DNA of 64,000 nucleotides from Candidatus Aceula meridiana. Lineage in GTDB: Bacteria > Omnitrophota > Gorgyraeia > Zapsychrales > Aceulaceae. The translations under genes were made by a program, and so were the position numbers. This document shows, in pieces, positions 51,422 to 60,515 of this stretch; position 1 is the first letter of the stretch; each line of letters begins with the position of its first letter. The stretch is from the NCBI GenBank assembly GCA_030765185.1, contig JAVCDE010000031.1:4650-68649 (forward strand), given 5' to 3'. The notes under the pieces were generated by a model, which saw nothing but the letters and a program-made list of their open reading frames with translations, ran no database searches and was not told the origin of the DNA.

Positions 51422-51493
51422 CTGCCCCGTCTGGACTCGAACCAGAATTACTTGATCCAGAGACAAGCGTGCTACCAATTGCACCACAGGGCA
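51422..51493 (-). tRNA. tRNA-Gln (anticodon CUG).
   Basis: U1-A72 first pair and G73 discriminator, typical of bacterial tRNA-Gln. Anticodon loop CUCUGGA, T-loop GGTTCGAGTCC. CCA is not encoded. Confidence 0.8.
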
Positions 51494-51572
51494 ATATCCC
51501 CACCCTTTTTGGATAAGATTGCTATATTGTTTGAATTTTCTAAAAAAAGGGTGTTATTTTTTAACAATAAAA

Positions 51573-51728
51573 CTACCAAAGAACATCTTTAACCCACTGG
51601 TCTGCTTTCTTAACGGCTCTCGTAAGCCCACAACCTGTTTTTTTAACGTTTTCCGTAAGCCCAGAACATCCAGAAACAGAAACTAACAAGCAGGCAAGAA
51701 CGAATAAAGACAGTAGTGTGCGCTTCAT
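51573..51728 (-). CDS. Small putative lipoprotein (51 aa, lipobox LVSVSGC) with an internal GC(S/G)GLT...VKK repeat. Entericidin-like size.
   Basis: Unlisted short ORF read manually. It has a signal peptide plus lipobox, and lies between tRNA-Gln and gltX. Confidence 0.35.
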   Translation of the reverse strand: MKRTLLSLFVLACLLVSVSGCSGLTENVKKTGCGLTRAVKKADQWVKDVLW

Positions 51729-51747
51729 GAAATCTCCCTTTTTTAAA

Positions 51748-53016
51748 CTAGCTAATTTGTTTAAGTCGGCAAACTGTTTTTTCTTTTCCTAAGGCTTCCA
51801 TTGTTTCAAAAAGGCCAGGTCCAATAGTTTTTCCGGTTAGAGCAACCCGCACCGGATGAACAAGGTCAGCCGCCTTTATGTCTAGCTCTTTAACCAAATC
51901 ACGAAAACCTTTTTCAGCTTCCTGAGCTGTAAAAGGATCGACGTTGCTAAGCTTTTTACTTAAAAGATGAAACCTTTTAACCGATTCCGCATTAAAAAAC
52001 TGTTTTTTGTTTTCGTCGCTAACGTCAATATTTTCAAGAAAAGCAAAATCCGCCCAATCTAAGAAGTCCGCCAAGGTCGCAAGGCGCCCCTTAAACAAGC
52101 TTACAACGTTTTCTAGTCTTTTTCTATCAAATTCCTCGCTAAGATATCCTTTTTCTAAAAGGAAAGGAATAAGCAGCTCCGTGATACTCTCTGTCGAAGC
52201 CTGCTTGATGTGCTGGCTATTAACCCATCTGAGCTTATCCATTGAAAAAACAGCCGAAGTTTTGTTAACCTTTTTAATCGAAAAACTCTCAACTGCTTTT
52301 TCAAGATTAACAATTTCTTTATTAGGGCCCGGAGACCATCCTAAAAGCATCAAATAATTAACAACCCCTTGAGCTAGAAATCCATCTTTGCGATAATCGC
52401 TAACCGCGACAGCCCCTGTTCTTTTCGAAAGCCTTCCTCCATCTTCTCCCATAATAAGCGGCAAATGCGCAAACTTTGGCGGCTTAAACCCTAAGGCTTC
52501 ATAAATAATAACTTGCTTCGGACTATTCGAAATATGGTCTTCCCCTCGGACGACATGGGTAATCTCCATTAAGGCATCGTCAACAACGCAGGCAAAGCTG
52601 TAGGTAGGCGATCCGTCTGATTTCATTAAAACTTGATCTTTAAGTGTCGCAGTATCAAAAATAATTTCATCGCGAATCAAATCATAAATTTTAATTTGTT
52701 TCTGCGGCATCTTTAGAATAACTGCTTCACCCTCTTTATAGGCTTTTTTTTCGGTAAGAAGTTTTTCAGCGTATTCTCTATAAATATCAAAGCGTTCACT
52801 TTGTAAATAAATCTCATCCCATGAAAGGCCAAGCCATTTCATGCTATCTAAAATTTCATCTAAGAATTTTTTCTTGGAGCGTTCGAGGTCGGTGTCTTCA
52901 ACACGCAGGACAAATTGGCCCTTTTGCGCTTTGGCATACATCCAATTAAAAAGCGCTGTACGGGCTCCGCCGATGTGTAGGTATCCCGTCGGACTAGGGG
53001 CGAATCTAACTTTCAT
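51748..53016 (-). CDS. gltX: Glutamyl-tRNA synthetase (short form, 422 aa). Possibly non-discriminating.
   Basis: FAPSPTGYLHIGGARTAL HIGH-region and a KMSKS-like LSKR motif. Confidence 0.85.
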   Translation of the reverse strand: MKVRFAPSPTGYLHIGGARTALFNWMYAKAQKGQFVLRVEDTDLERSKKKFLDEILDSMKWLGLSWDEIYLQSERFDIYREYAEKLLTEKKAYKEGEAVILKMPQKQIKIYDLIRDEIIFDTATLKDQVLMKSDGSPTYSFACVVDDALMEITHVVRGEDHISNSPKQVIIYEALGFKPPKFAHLPLIMGEDGGRLSKRTGAVAVSDYRKDGFLAQGVVNYLMLLGWSPGPNKEIVNLEKAVESFSIKKVNKTSAVFSMDKLRWVNSQHIKQASTESITELLIPFLLEKGYLSEEFDRKRLENVVSLFKGRLATLADFLDWADFAFLENIDVSDENKKQFFNAESVKRFHLLSKKLSNVDPFTAQEAEKGFRDLVKELDIKAADLVHPVRVALTGKTIGPGLFETMEALGKEKTVCRLKQIS

Positions 53017-53063
53017 ATTTTTTTAAATTTAAGAGGTTGTAAAGCAAGCTTGTTAGATATCTT

Positions 53064-53459
53064 TCAAGGAGTCTGGGGTGTTTCTTTATAACCCTCTTTA
53101 ATCAACTGGCGCACCGCTTCGGTGATACGCTTTTGATCCTGTGGCGAAATACTAGAAAATTCAATACCCGTATCATAGACAACTTCTTTAGGTTGTTTCT
53201 TGGATTGAGTTTTCACAGACCAAACAACTTTTCCTTTACCCTTGATATTCTTTTCCATGTCTAAAAGGTCTAACTCTAAATCCGTTTCAGCAAAAAGCTT
53301 AATGTGTCGCTTAAAAATAATACAAAGGCCTCCAGTTCCAATATTTTCTGTATGTGTTAAAACAGCGTCTATGTCTTGTCCTTCTTGACGAACAGTCACC
53401 AAGCAAGGATAATTAACGCGTGGGAATTGCCTTCTTTCTAACCCCTTCCAATCTACCAT
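53064..53459 (-). CDS. PilZ-domain protein (putative c-di-GMP receptor).
   Basis: RRQFPR (RxxxR) and NIGTGG (D/NxSxxG-like) motifs. Confidence 0.5.
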   Translation of the reverse strand: MVDWKGLERRQFPRVNYPCLVTVRQEGQDIDAVLTHTENIGTGGLCIIFKRHIKLFAETDLELDLLDMEKNIKGKGKVVWSVKTQSKKQPKEVVYDTGIEFSSISPQDQKRITEAVRQLIKEGYKETPQTP

Positions 53460-54239
53460 CTATAGCCTCCTTTGAATTCTTGTAATCTGGCTTGCCGTCC
53501 CTGTTTCATCAACAGTAATTACAGCACCACTTAAAGCAACATCGCCTTCTGCAACTTCAAACTTAGATGGCATGCTTGTTAAAAACCGTTGAATAATCTT
53601 TTCTTTATTTTGACCGATTACAGAATCAAACGGACCGGTCATTCCTAAATCAGTAAGATACGCAGTCCCTTTAGGCAAAATGCGCTCATCTGCTGTTTGC
53701 ACATGCGTATGTGTCCCAACAACAGCGGACACCTTCCCATCAGCAAAATGCCCTAGAGCAATTTTCTCGCTCGTTGCTTCGGCATGCATATCAACAATAA
53801 TAATGTTAGTGTGCTTCCTGGCCTGCTCTACCAATTGGTCTAGTGCTTTAAAAGGGCAATTAACATTATACCGTATAAAGACACGGCCTAAAAGATTTAT
53901 GATAGCTATTTTCTGGCCGTTGACTGTTTGCGTCAAACAAAGGCCCTGCCCCGGAGTTCCTTCAGGAAAGTTCGCAGGCCTCAAAAGTTTCGGATTGTCC
54001 TGTAGCGATTCTAAAAGTTCTTTTTTATCCCAGACATGATCCCCAGAAGTAAGAATATCGCAGCCGAAGCATAGCAGCTCTTCAGCTAATCGCGGAGTAA
54101 CTCCGGCGCCTGCGGCTGCATTTTCAGCATTGGCCACAACAAAATTAATTTTAAACTCCTCCTTAATTTTTGGAAGAAGCTCTTCAACGGCTTTGCGGCC
54201 GGGCTTACCGACGATATCTCCGATACATAAAATGTTCAT
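53460..54239 (-). CDS. ymdB: YmdB-like TIGR00282 metallophosphoesterase.
   Basis: N-terminus MNILCIGDIVGKPGR, and conserved linkage downstream of rny. Confidence 0.85.
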   Translation of the reverse strand: MNILCIGDIVGKPGRKAVEELLPKIKEEFKINFVVANAENAAAGAGVTPRLAEELLCFGCDILTSGDHVWDKKELLESLQDNPKLLRPANFPEGTPGQGLCLTQTVNGQKIAIINLLGRVFIRYNVNCPFKALDQLVEQARKHTNIIIVDMHAEATSEKIALGHFADGKVSAVVGTHTHVQTADERILPKGTAYLTDLGMTGPFDSVIGQNKEKIIQRFLTSMPSKFEVAEGDVALSGAVITVDETGTASQITRIQRRL

Positions 54240-54254
54240 AGTTTATCTGCTCGT

Positions 54255-55823
54255 CTATTTGGCATATTCTACGGCGCGTGTTTCACGAATGACAAGCACC
54301 TTTATCTGACCAGGATATTCCATGCTTCCTTCAATCTTTTTGCGAATATCTCGGGCTAGCACTAAAGAGGCCTCGTCTCCGACTTTGTTAGGTCTAACCA
54401 TTATGCGGACTTCTCGTCCGGCCTGAAGCGCATACGCTTTATCAATGCCTTTAAAAGAAGTCGCAATATTTTCTAAAGTCTCAATACGCTTAATATACGT
54501 TTCCATAGTTTCAGCACGTGCGCCAGGGCGAGCTGCGCTAATCGCATCAGCAGCTGCAACCAGAATTCCATAAATCGTCATCTCTGTTTCTTCGTGATGG
54601 CATTCAATGGCTTTAACAACTTCAGGAGCCTCTCCGAATTTACGAGCAATCTCTGCACCAATAATCGCATGAGGGCCTTCGACTTCAGAGCCGGCAACTT
54701 TTCCAATGTCATGTAAAAGGCCTGCACGTCGAGCTGTTTTAAAATCAAAATTAAGCTGTGATGCCATAATCCCCATCAAAGATGCTACTTCTTTAGAATG
54801 GCGAAGCGCATTTTGGCCAAAACTTGTACGATATTTTAACCGGCCAACAAGCTTAACCAATTCAGGGTGCATGGTATGAATTCCTAAATCAAAAATAGCT
54901 TGTTCGCCTTCTTCTTTAATCTTGGAATCAATTTCTTTCTTTACCTTCTCGACAACTTCTTCAATGCGTCCCGGATGAATACGCCCATCCTGGATAAGAC
55001 GCTCCAAAGAAATCTTGGCAATCTCCCGGCGCATCATATCAAACCCTGAAATCGTAACCGCTTCAGGGGTATCATCAATGATGATATCAACACCCGTTGC
55101 CATCTCAAAGGCGCGAATGTTGCGCCCTTCACGGCCGATAATACGTCCTTTCATTTCGTCTGACGGAAGATGAACAACGCTAATCGTCGTATCTCCGGCA
55201 TGGTCAGAAGCACAGCGATGAATTGCCGCTGAAATAATTTCTTTGGCTTTTTTATCAGCATCTTCTTTGAGCTGTTCTTCCATTTCACGAATGCGTCCTG
55301 CTTTTTCTCCAAGAATCTCATCGTCAATACGCGACAAGAGAAGGCTCTTAGCCTCTTCTGAGGTCATAGATGATATCTTTTGCAGCCTTTGCTTTTCTTC
55401 TTCAACAAGCTTTTGCAAGCTCTCTTTTTGTTTGCCGATATCTTCTTCTTTTTCATGAAGAGCATTGACGCGCCCTTCAACATCTTTTTCTTTCTTCTCT
55501 AAAAGGTCAACGCGCTTATCAAGATTTTCTTCTTTTTGTAAAATACGTTTTTCAGCAGCCGAGATCTCTTCTCGCCTTTCCTGAGTCTCCTTCTCAAATT
55601 TCTCGCGAAGATGAATTAACATATCACGGGATTTAATCTCCGCTTCTTTCATGGTGTTTTCAACTGAACGCTCAGTTTTTTCAATGAGCTCTTTTGCTTT
55701 TTGTTTGGCCCTGTGCAATCTTTTGCCAGAAAAAAACCGGCTTAAAAGATAGCCTGATAAAACAAGAAAAACACCTAAAATAGGATATCCAACGGTATAT
55801 AACAAAATATTTGATTTTTCCAT
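54255..55823 (-). CDS. rny: Ribonuclease Y.
   Basis: N-terminal TM helix, coiled coil, KH domain and HD domain (HDIGK). Confidence 0.9.
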   Translation of the reverse strand: MEKSNILLYTVGYPILGVFLVLSGYLLSRFFSGKRLHRAKQKAKELIEKTERSVENTMKEAEIKSRDMLIHLREKFEKETQERREEISAAEKRILQKEENLDKRVDLLEKKEKDVEGRVNALHEKEEDIGKQKESLQKLVEEEKQRLQKISSMTSEEAKSLLLSRIDDEILGEKAGRIREMEEQLKEDADKKAKEIISAAIHRCASDHAGDTTISVVHLPSDEMKGRIIGREGRNIRAFEMATGVDIIIDDTPEAVTISGFDMMRREIAKISLERLIQDGRIHPGRIEEVVEKVKKEIDSKIKEEGEQAIFDLGIHTMHPELVKLVGRLKYRTSFGQNALRHSKEVASLMGIMASQLNFDFKTARRAGLLHDIGKVAGSEVEGPHAIIGAEIARKFGEAPEVVKAIECHHEETEMTIYGILVAAADAISAARPGARAETMETYIKRIETLENIATSFKGIDKAYALQAGREVRIMVRPNKVGDEASLVLARDIRKKIEGSMEYPGQIKVLVIRETRAVEYAK

Positions 55824-56072
55824 GGTGTAAACTCCCCTTCTATGGTTATTGACCTTTGTCCCTTAAAAATTAAGGAAGTCAACATTAGGTCTTTTTTCTA
55901 GAAAACAAAGGTCGCTATACTAGCTCTCCAAAAATAACCAAGGCTGCCTTCCCTAAATCTGCCTAAAAAGGGCAAGTCTTGACTTCTTTTGCTTTCTGCC
56001 TAAGAAAAAGACCAATAAAACAAGCCACATAAAAATGCTTGTTGCTTAAAGTGTTACTTTTTTTAATTTTTC

Positions 56073-56636
56073 CTAATTCCTAATGATAAAGGAAACAGAA
56101 ACGTCATGGTTCTCGACGCAAGGCAGGCAATCAACGACTTGGAAATCAAACGCCAAACCAATCTTTGGCGTGTTTTGAGGCAATGTTTTTAAAAAGCGGT
56201 CATAATAGCCTTCACCACGGCCCAATCGGTTACCCTTTTTATCAAAGGCAACCCCCGGCACAATAACTAAATCAATCGCACAAAGGTCACCTTTTTGCGC
56301 AGGATCTTCTTTAGGTTGTTTAATGCCGTATGGTCCATCAATTAAGCTCGTTTCTAAATTTGTAATCAGTGAAGGTATTATTTCTTTTTTTTCTTTTACC
56401 GTAATAGGTAATGCTATTTTTTTTCCAAGATTTTGTGCCTGCTTGATCATCTCAAGCGTTTCAACTTCTCCATCAAAAGCGCTGTAAAACATAATTATTT
56501 TGGCAGCGCGAAATTCCGGTGTTTTAAAAAGCGCAGCTTGAATAAGCTCGCTTTTTTTAAGCCTGATATCCTCCTTTTGGTTTCTTATCAGCTCCAAAAG
56601 CCTTTGCCGTAAGGCTTTTTTTGGATTATCTTTCAT
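56073..56636 (-). CDS. 5-formyltetrahydrofolate cyclo-ligase.
   Basis: PGVAFDKKGNRLGRGEGYYDR signature. Confidence 0.85.
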   Translation of the reverse strand: MKDNPKKALRQRLLELIRNQKEDIRLKKSELIQAALFKTPEFRAAKIIMFYSAFDGEVETLEMIKQAQNLGKKIALPITVKEKKEIIPSLITNLETSLIDGPYGIKQPKEDPAQKGDLCAIDLVIVPGVAFDKKGNRLGRGEGYYDRFLKTLPQNTPKIGLAFDFQVVDCLPCVENHDVSVSFIIRN

Positions 56637-56744
56637 AATAACACATCGTTTTCACTAAAACTTCAACCCTAAGATTGCGCTAACAAAAAAATGCGGTCTG
56701 GGCTGAGGGAGCATTTTACCATTTTTCGCTAAGATAGACAACCT

Positions 56745-56904
56745 AAAAATAAAACCCCGCGATTGCCGTTGGGGTTAGGTAACATGAACCGTATTTGTCA
56801 AGTGGGTGCTTCTCTAAAAAGCCCAAAGGCATTTTAGAAGGCAAGCTCCCGTATATACTGTGTTGGTTCAGTATAACTTGACCCTCAACGCACAACGCAG
56901 GGTT
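56745..56904 (-). ncRNA. Candidate small RNA (~160 nt) bounded by an extended -10 promoter and an intrinsic terminator. It is a 6S RNA (ssrS) candidate by synteny with the MTHFS gene.
   Basis: Minus-strand TGGTATAAT (rc of 56911-56919) lies right after the pheT stop. The terminator AACCCC-(12 nt)-GGGGUU plus UUAUUUUU ends at ~56745. The 5' ACAUUUAACC pairs with the 3' GGUUCAUGU as a closing stem. There is an internal 7-bp stem GUCAAGU/ACUUGAC with two nested hairpins and an asymmetric internal loop. Confidence 0.35.
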
Positions 56905-56957
56905 AAATGTATTATACCACAAGCGTCAACGCCTTAAAGCCTTAAACGTTCCTAAAA

Positions 56958-58985
56958 TTAACGCTTAATCGCATCAAGATCTGAAATAATTTTCTGGCAA
57001 ATCACCTGGTGGGCTTTTTCAACCTCTTGCTCTGTAAGAGTTCTCGTCCCAGATTGATAGGTCAAAGAAATAGTTATGCCGCGGCACCCTACAGGAACTT
57101 TTTCACCTAAATATTGCTCAACAAAAGAAACTTCCTTTAGCAAAGGCTCTTTTAAAAAATCAATAACGTCACAAACTTTTTGAAATGTGGAGTACTCTTT
57201 TACAGCTAAGCTAATATCTCTTACAACAGACGGGTAATCAGAAACTTTTTGGAATCGGCAAAGTTTTTGTTCTTTTTGATAAAGCGTCTCAATGTCTACC
57301 TCTGCATAAAAAACATCCTGATGTTTAATATCCCAACGCTCTAAAATATCGCTAGAAACCTTTCCTAAAAATCCAGATTTTTTTCCACCAATAAAAACAG
57401 CAGCTGACTGCCCAAAGACAAACGAAGCCTTCTTATCAAGCGAGTAATTTACATTTGTAATTTTAAGACGCTTTAAAACGCCATCTAAGGATCCCTTAAT
57501 ATCATAGAAATCAATCTTTTCTTTTAAACTACGCCAGTCCGCGTTTCTTTTCCCTGTCATGGCAACAATCAAAACATCTTTTTCTCCCGACGAAAAATAA
57601 TTCTTTCCAATCTCAAAAATCTTTAAATCCTTTTGCCCTTTTTTAAAATTTGTGGCAACAATGTTTAAAAAGCTTGGTAACGCAGACGGTCTTAAAATTT
57701 GCTGGTCTTCAGTTAAAGGATTTTGATTAATCACGCCTTGAGAAATATTTTGTTTAGTGTTCTCTAATGCTTTCAGACCTACCATCGTATACGATATAAC
57801 TTCGCTTAACCCTAAGCCTGTTGCTGCTTGTCTTAATTTTTCTTTAAAAATCCATCTCTTGCTTGTAGGAACATTTTCAGCTTTAATCTGAGCTAGCCGC
57901 ATCGGCAAATTATCATAGCCGATAATGCGGGCAATCTCTTCGGTTACATCCACGCCTATTTGAATGTCCTTTCGAAAAGACGGCGCGGTAACGAGCAAAG
58001 AATCCTTGCCACTTGATGAAACTTTAAACTCGAGCTTTGTTAAAATATTTTTAATGCGCGTTAAGGGAATGTTAGCGCCTAAAAAATTCTCAATCTGAGA
58101 CTTGCTAATCTTGATTTTCTTTTGTTTTTTATTTGCCTTAGCAGGATAAACATCTTTACGCGCATCTGCCTTGCCAAGCGCGAGCTCTTGAATAAGGTTG
58201 AGTGCCCGCCAGGCGGCTTGTTCTACCATATCAATATCTACGCCTCGTTCAAATCGGTAAGATGAGTCGCTTCTTAAGGCTAGTTTGCGAGACGCCCTGC
58301 GGATTAAAACAGGGTCAAAATAAGCACTTTCAAGCAAAATATTCTTAGTTTTTGAGGTAACTTCGGTTTTCTTGCCACCCATAACCCCTGCAATAGCTAC
58401 AGGCCTCTTAGCATCAGCAATAATAAGAATAGATGGGTCGAGCTCATATTCTACTTCGTCAATTGCAACAATCTTCTCTCCTTTTTTAGCGCGCCGCACA
58501 ATAATCTTTCCACCTTCAAGCTTGTCATAATCAAAAGCATGCATCGGTTGACCGGTTTCCATCAGACAAAAATTTGTAATGTCTACAATGTTATTAATGG
58601 GACGCAAGCCAAGGGCGCTTAACTTTTTTTGTAAAAAAGAGGGTGATTGTGCGATTTTGACATCTGTCAAAATCGCACCAATATACCTTCCGCAATCTTT
58701 TTTGTTCTCAATAGAAATCGCGCACTTACTTTTACTAAACTTAATTCTTTTAATTTTTGGTTTTTTAAAAGGCTTATTTAAAATCGCAGATATTTCTCTT
58801 GCCATACCAATCATGTTAAGACAATCCGGTCGGTTGGGTGTAATCTCGAGCTCAAAAACAATATCGCCCCCGACGAGCTCTTCTTTCTCAACCTCAGAAC
58901 CAGACAGAGTGAGTTTATGCGCTAACGCCGCTGGCGTTAGCGCGAAACTGACATAATCTTTTAACCAGCTTAAGGATATTCTCAT
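56958..58985 (-). CDS. pheT: Phenylalanine--tRNA ligase beta subunit (short form).
   Basis: MRISLSWLKDYV start, with B3/4, B5 and class II core-like domains. Confidence 0.85.
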   Translation of the reverse strand: MRISLSWLKDYVSFALTPAALAHKLTLSGSEVEKEELVGGDIVFELEITPNRPDCLNMIGMAREISAILNKPFKKPKIKRIKFSKSKCAISIENKKDCGRYIGAILTDVKIAQSPSFLQKKLSALGLRPINNIVDITNFCLMETGQPMHAFDYDKLEGGKIIVRRAKKGEKIVAIDEVEYELDPSILIIADAKRPVAIAGVMGGKKTEVTSKTKNILLESAYFDPVLIRRASRKLALRSDSSYRFERGVDIDMVEQAAWRALNLIQELALGKADARKDVYPAKANKKQKKIKISKSQIENFLGANIPLTRIKNILTKLEFKVSSSGKDSLLVTAPSFRKDIQIGVDVTEEIARIIGYDNLPMRLAQIKAENVPTSKRWIFKEKLRQAATGLGLSEVISYTMVGLKALENTKQNISQGVINQNPLTEDQQILRPSALPSFLNIVATNFKKGQKDLKIFEIGKNYFSSGEKDVLIVAMTGKRNADWRSLKEKIDFYDIKGSLDGVLKRLKITNVNYSLDKKASFVFGQSAAVFIGGKKSGFLGKVSSDILERWDIKHQDVFYAEVDIETLYQKEQKLCRFQKVSDYPSVVRDISLAVKEYSTFQKVCDVIDFLKEPLLKEVSFVEQYLGEKVPVGCRGITISLTYQSGTRTLTEQEVEKAHQVICQKIISDLDAIKR

Positions 58986-59119
58986 GCTTTTCTACCTCTT
59001 CAAAACGAACCATTTTTTTTCAACGAAAACAATAAGGATGAACTTGTTTGCTTACTCAACGGCAGGATCTTCTTGAGTAATTCCTGTTCCTCCTCCATTA
59101 GGAATTGCTCCTTTTCCTT

Positions 59120-60412
59120 TTATAGCTCCTGCTGAGGGCTACCAGCACAAGACTGGCTCCAGTCACCATGGACTTGGAACCAGTACCAAGTGGTGCCTCC
59201 ATCTGTGGTAGAGCAAATTCTCAAGGTAGACGCGTTAACGCTTCCACCGCCAAAGCAACTATAATTCACAAATGGGGTAAACTTCATCGTTCCAGCCAAT
59301 GCTGCTGTACAAACTCCCGGGTTTTCGCTTCCAACTTTAATAGCACCATTAACATCTAAAGACACTACAGGGGTACTTCTGTTAATTCCGACGCGTCCTT
59401 TATGAGCAGCGTCATCTCCTCCAACTTGCAACGCTGCCGAAGACTGATCTGTCGGAATTCCTGTCCGTATCCCGAGCTTACCACCAATAGTGGCTGTAGC
59501 ATAAAGGTCTCCAGTAACTTCAAGATTGTCAGGACGCGATGCCCCATTGTAGAAAGAATTGTACCCCGGGATAGTAACATTCCCATCGCTGCTAACTAAA
59601 ACGCCTTCGTTTCCGCCATCTCCGGATAAATATCCTCCGTTTAATGCAATGTTTCCACTCTCCATCTCAACATCTCCTCGAAAATAAGCTGCAGATCCAG
59701 TGGCGTCTCCTGTGGTTGCAAAAAGGCCAATATTGCCAGCAGGCAAAGAAGTCCCCCTATCGGTTGCCGCGGCAACAAAAGCAGGCAAGCCATTAAGCCC
59801 TGAACCAACAAACGCAGAAGGATATTTCCCTCCAACCGGGATAAGCTCAATTCCTGTCGGGTTGACTTCAAAAAGAGAGTCAGGATCTAATTTTTTAATC
59901 CCGACACTTCCATTAACATAAAGATTAACATTTGATAAATCGTCATTAGGAATAGTGCCACCGATTCCTACAGGATTTCCAAAAAAATTCTGAACACCTG
60001 CGGATCTTTCTTCATAAATACCAAAACCGGGATCACTCGCAGGAAATCCTATAGGAGTGCTTGCTGAAAGATAAAGAGCTCCGTCTCCGATTCCAGAAGG
60101 ATCTATTACTGCGCTCCCTCCTTGTGCAACCTGCATAGCCCAGCTATCGTTTGTGGCCCCTGTAAAATAAAACTTAGATAAGACTCCAGACATAGCGTTA
60201 TCCTCTTTTACATAAAGCTTGCGGACTTTATTTAAATCAACAGTATCATCTGTCCCGACACCAAGCTTTTCCATAACCCTCATATCTTGATACTTTCCAA
60301 AAGGTGCCGGGTAATAAGTTGTTAGAGTTACAGATCCCTGAGCAAAGACTAGCGTTGCGCTAGCTACGCCGGCAAAAACGAACAGTCCTAAAGAAATTAA
60401 TGTTTTTTTCAT
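59120..60412 (-). CDS. Secreted glycine-rich, beta-rich hypothetical protein (possible surface/fibre-like protein) inserted between pheS and pheT.
   Basis: Signal peptide (ASATLVFAQG), >20% Gly with irregular G-x-G repeats, Cys pairs at the C-terminus, and no TM segment. Confidence 0.5.
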   Translation of the reverse strand: MKKTLISLGLFVFAGVASATLVFAQGSVTLTTYYPAPFGKYQDMRVMEKLGVGTDDTVDLNKVRKLYVKEDNAMSGVLSKFYFTGATNDSWAMQVAQGGSAVIDPSGIGDGALYLSASTPIGFPASDPGFGIYEERSAGVQNFFGNPVGIGGTIPNDDLSNVNLYVNGSVGIKKLDPDSLFEVNPTGIELIPVGGKYPSAFVGSGLNGLPAFVAAATDRGTSLPAGNIGLFATTGDATGSAAYFRGDVEMESGNIALNGGYLSGDGGNEGVLVSSDGNVTIPGYNSFYNGASRPDNLEVTGDLYATATIGGKLGIRTGIPTDQSSAALQVGGDDAAHKGRVGINRSTPVVSLDVNGAIKVGSENPGVCTAALAGTMKFTPFVNYSCFGGGSVNASTLRICSTTDGGTTWYWFQVHGDWSQSCAGSPQQEL

Positions 60413-60479
60413 CTTTTCCTCCTAAATGAGCGCATGATTTATGGCCGCGTTAGCAAAATAAATCCTCTGCGCAAGTTTA

Positions 60480-60502
60480 CCCCGCGCACGAAGTGCGTCG
60501 GG
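60480..60502 (-). repeat. Bulged GC hairpin motif, copy 3 (CCCGCGCAC-gaa-GTGCGTCGGG), downstream of pheS.
   Basis: Same architecture and flanks as the copies at 22042 and 24159. The inner stem CGCAC/GUGCG versus CACAU/AUGUG is compensatory. Confidence 0.5.
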
Positions 60503-60515
60503 ATTTCCTTAGTTA

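Noticed and set aside
55824-56072. Possible promoter (TTGGTT-16-TATAGC) and small inverted repeat (AAGTCttGACTT) in the rny leader.
   Set aside because: The hexamers are weak and there are several equally plausible alternatives. Not reported as a feature.
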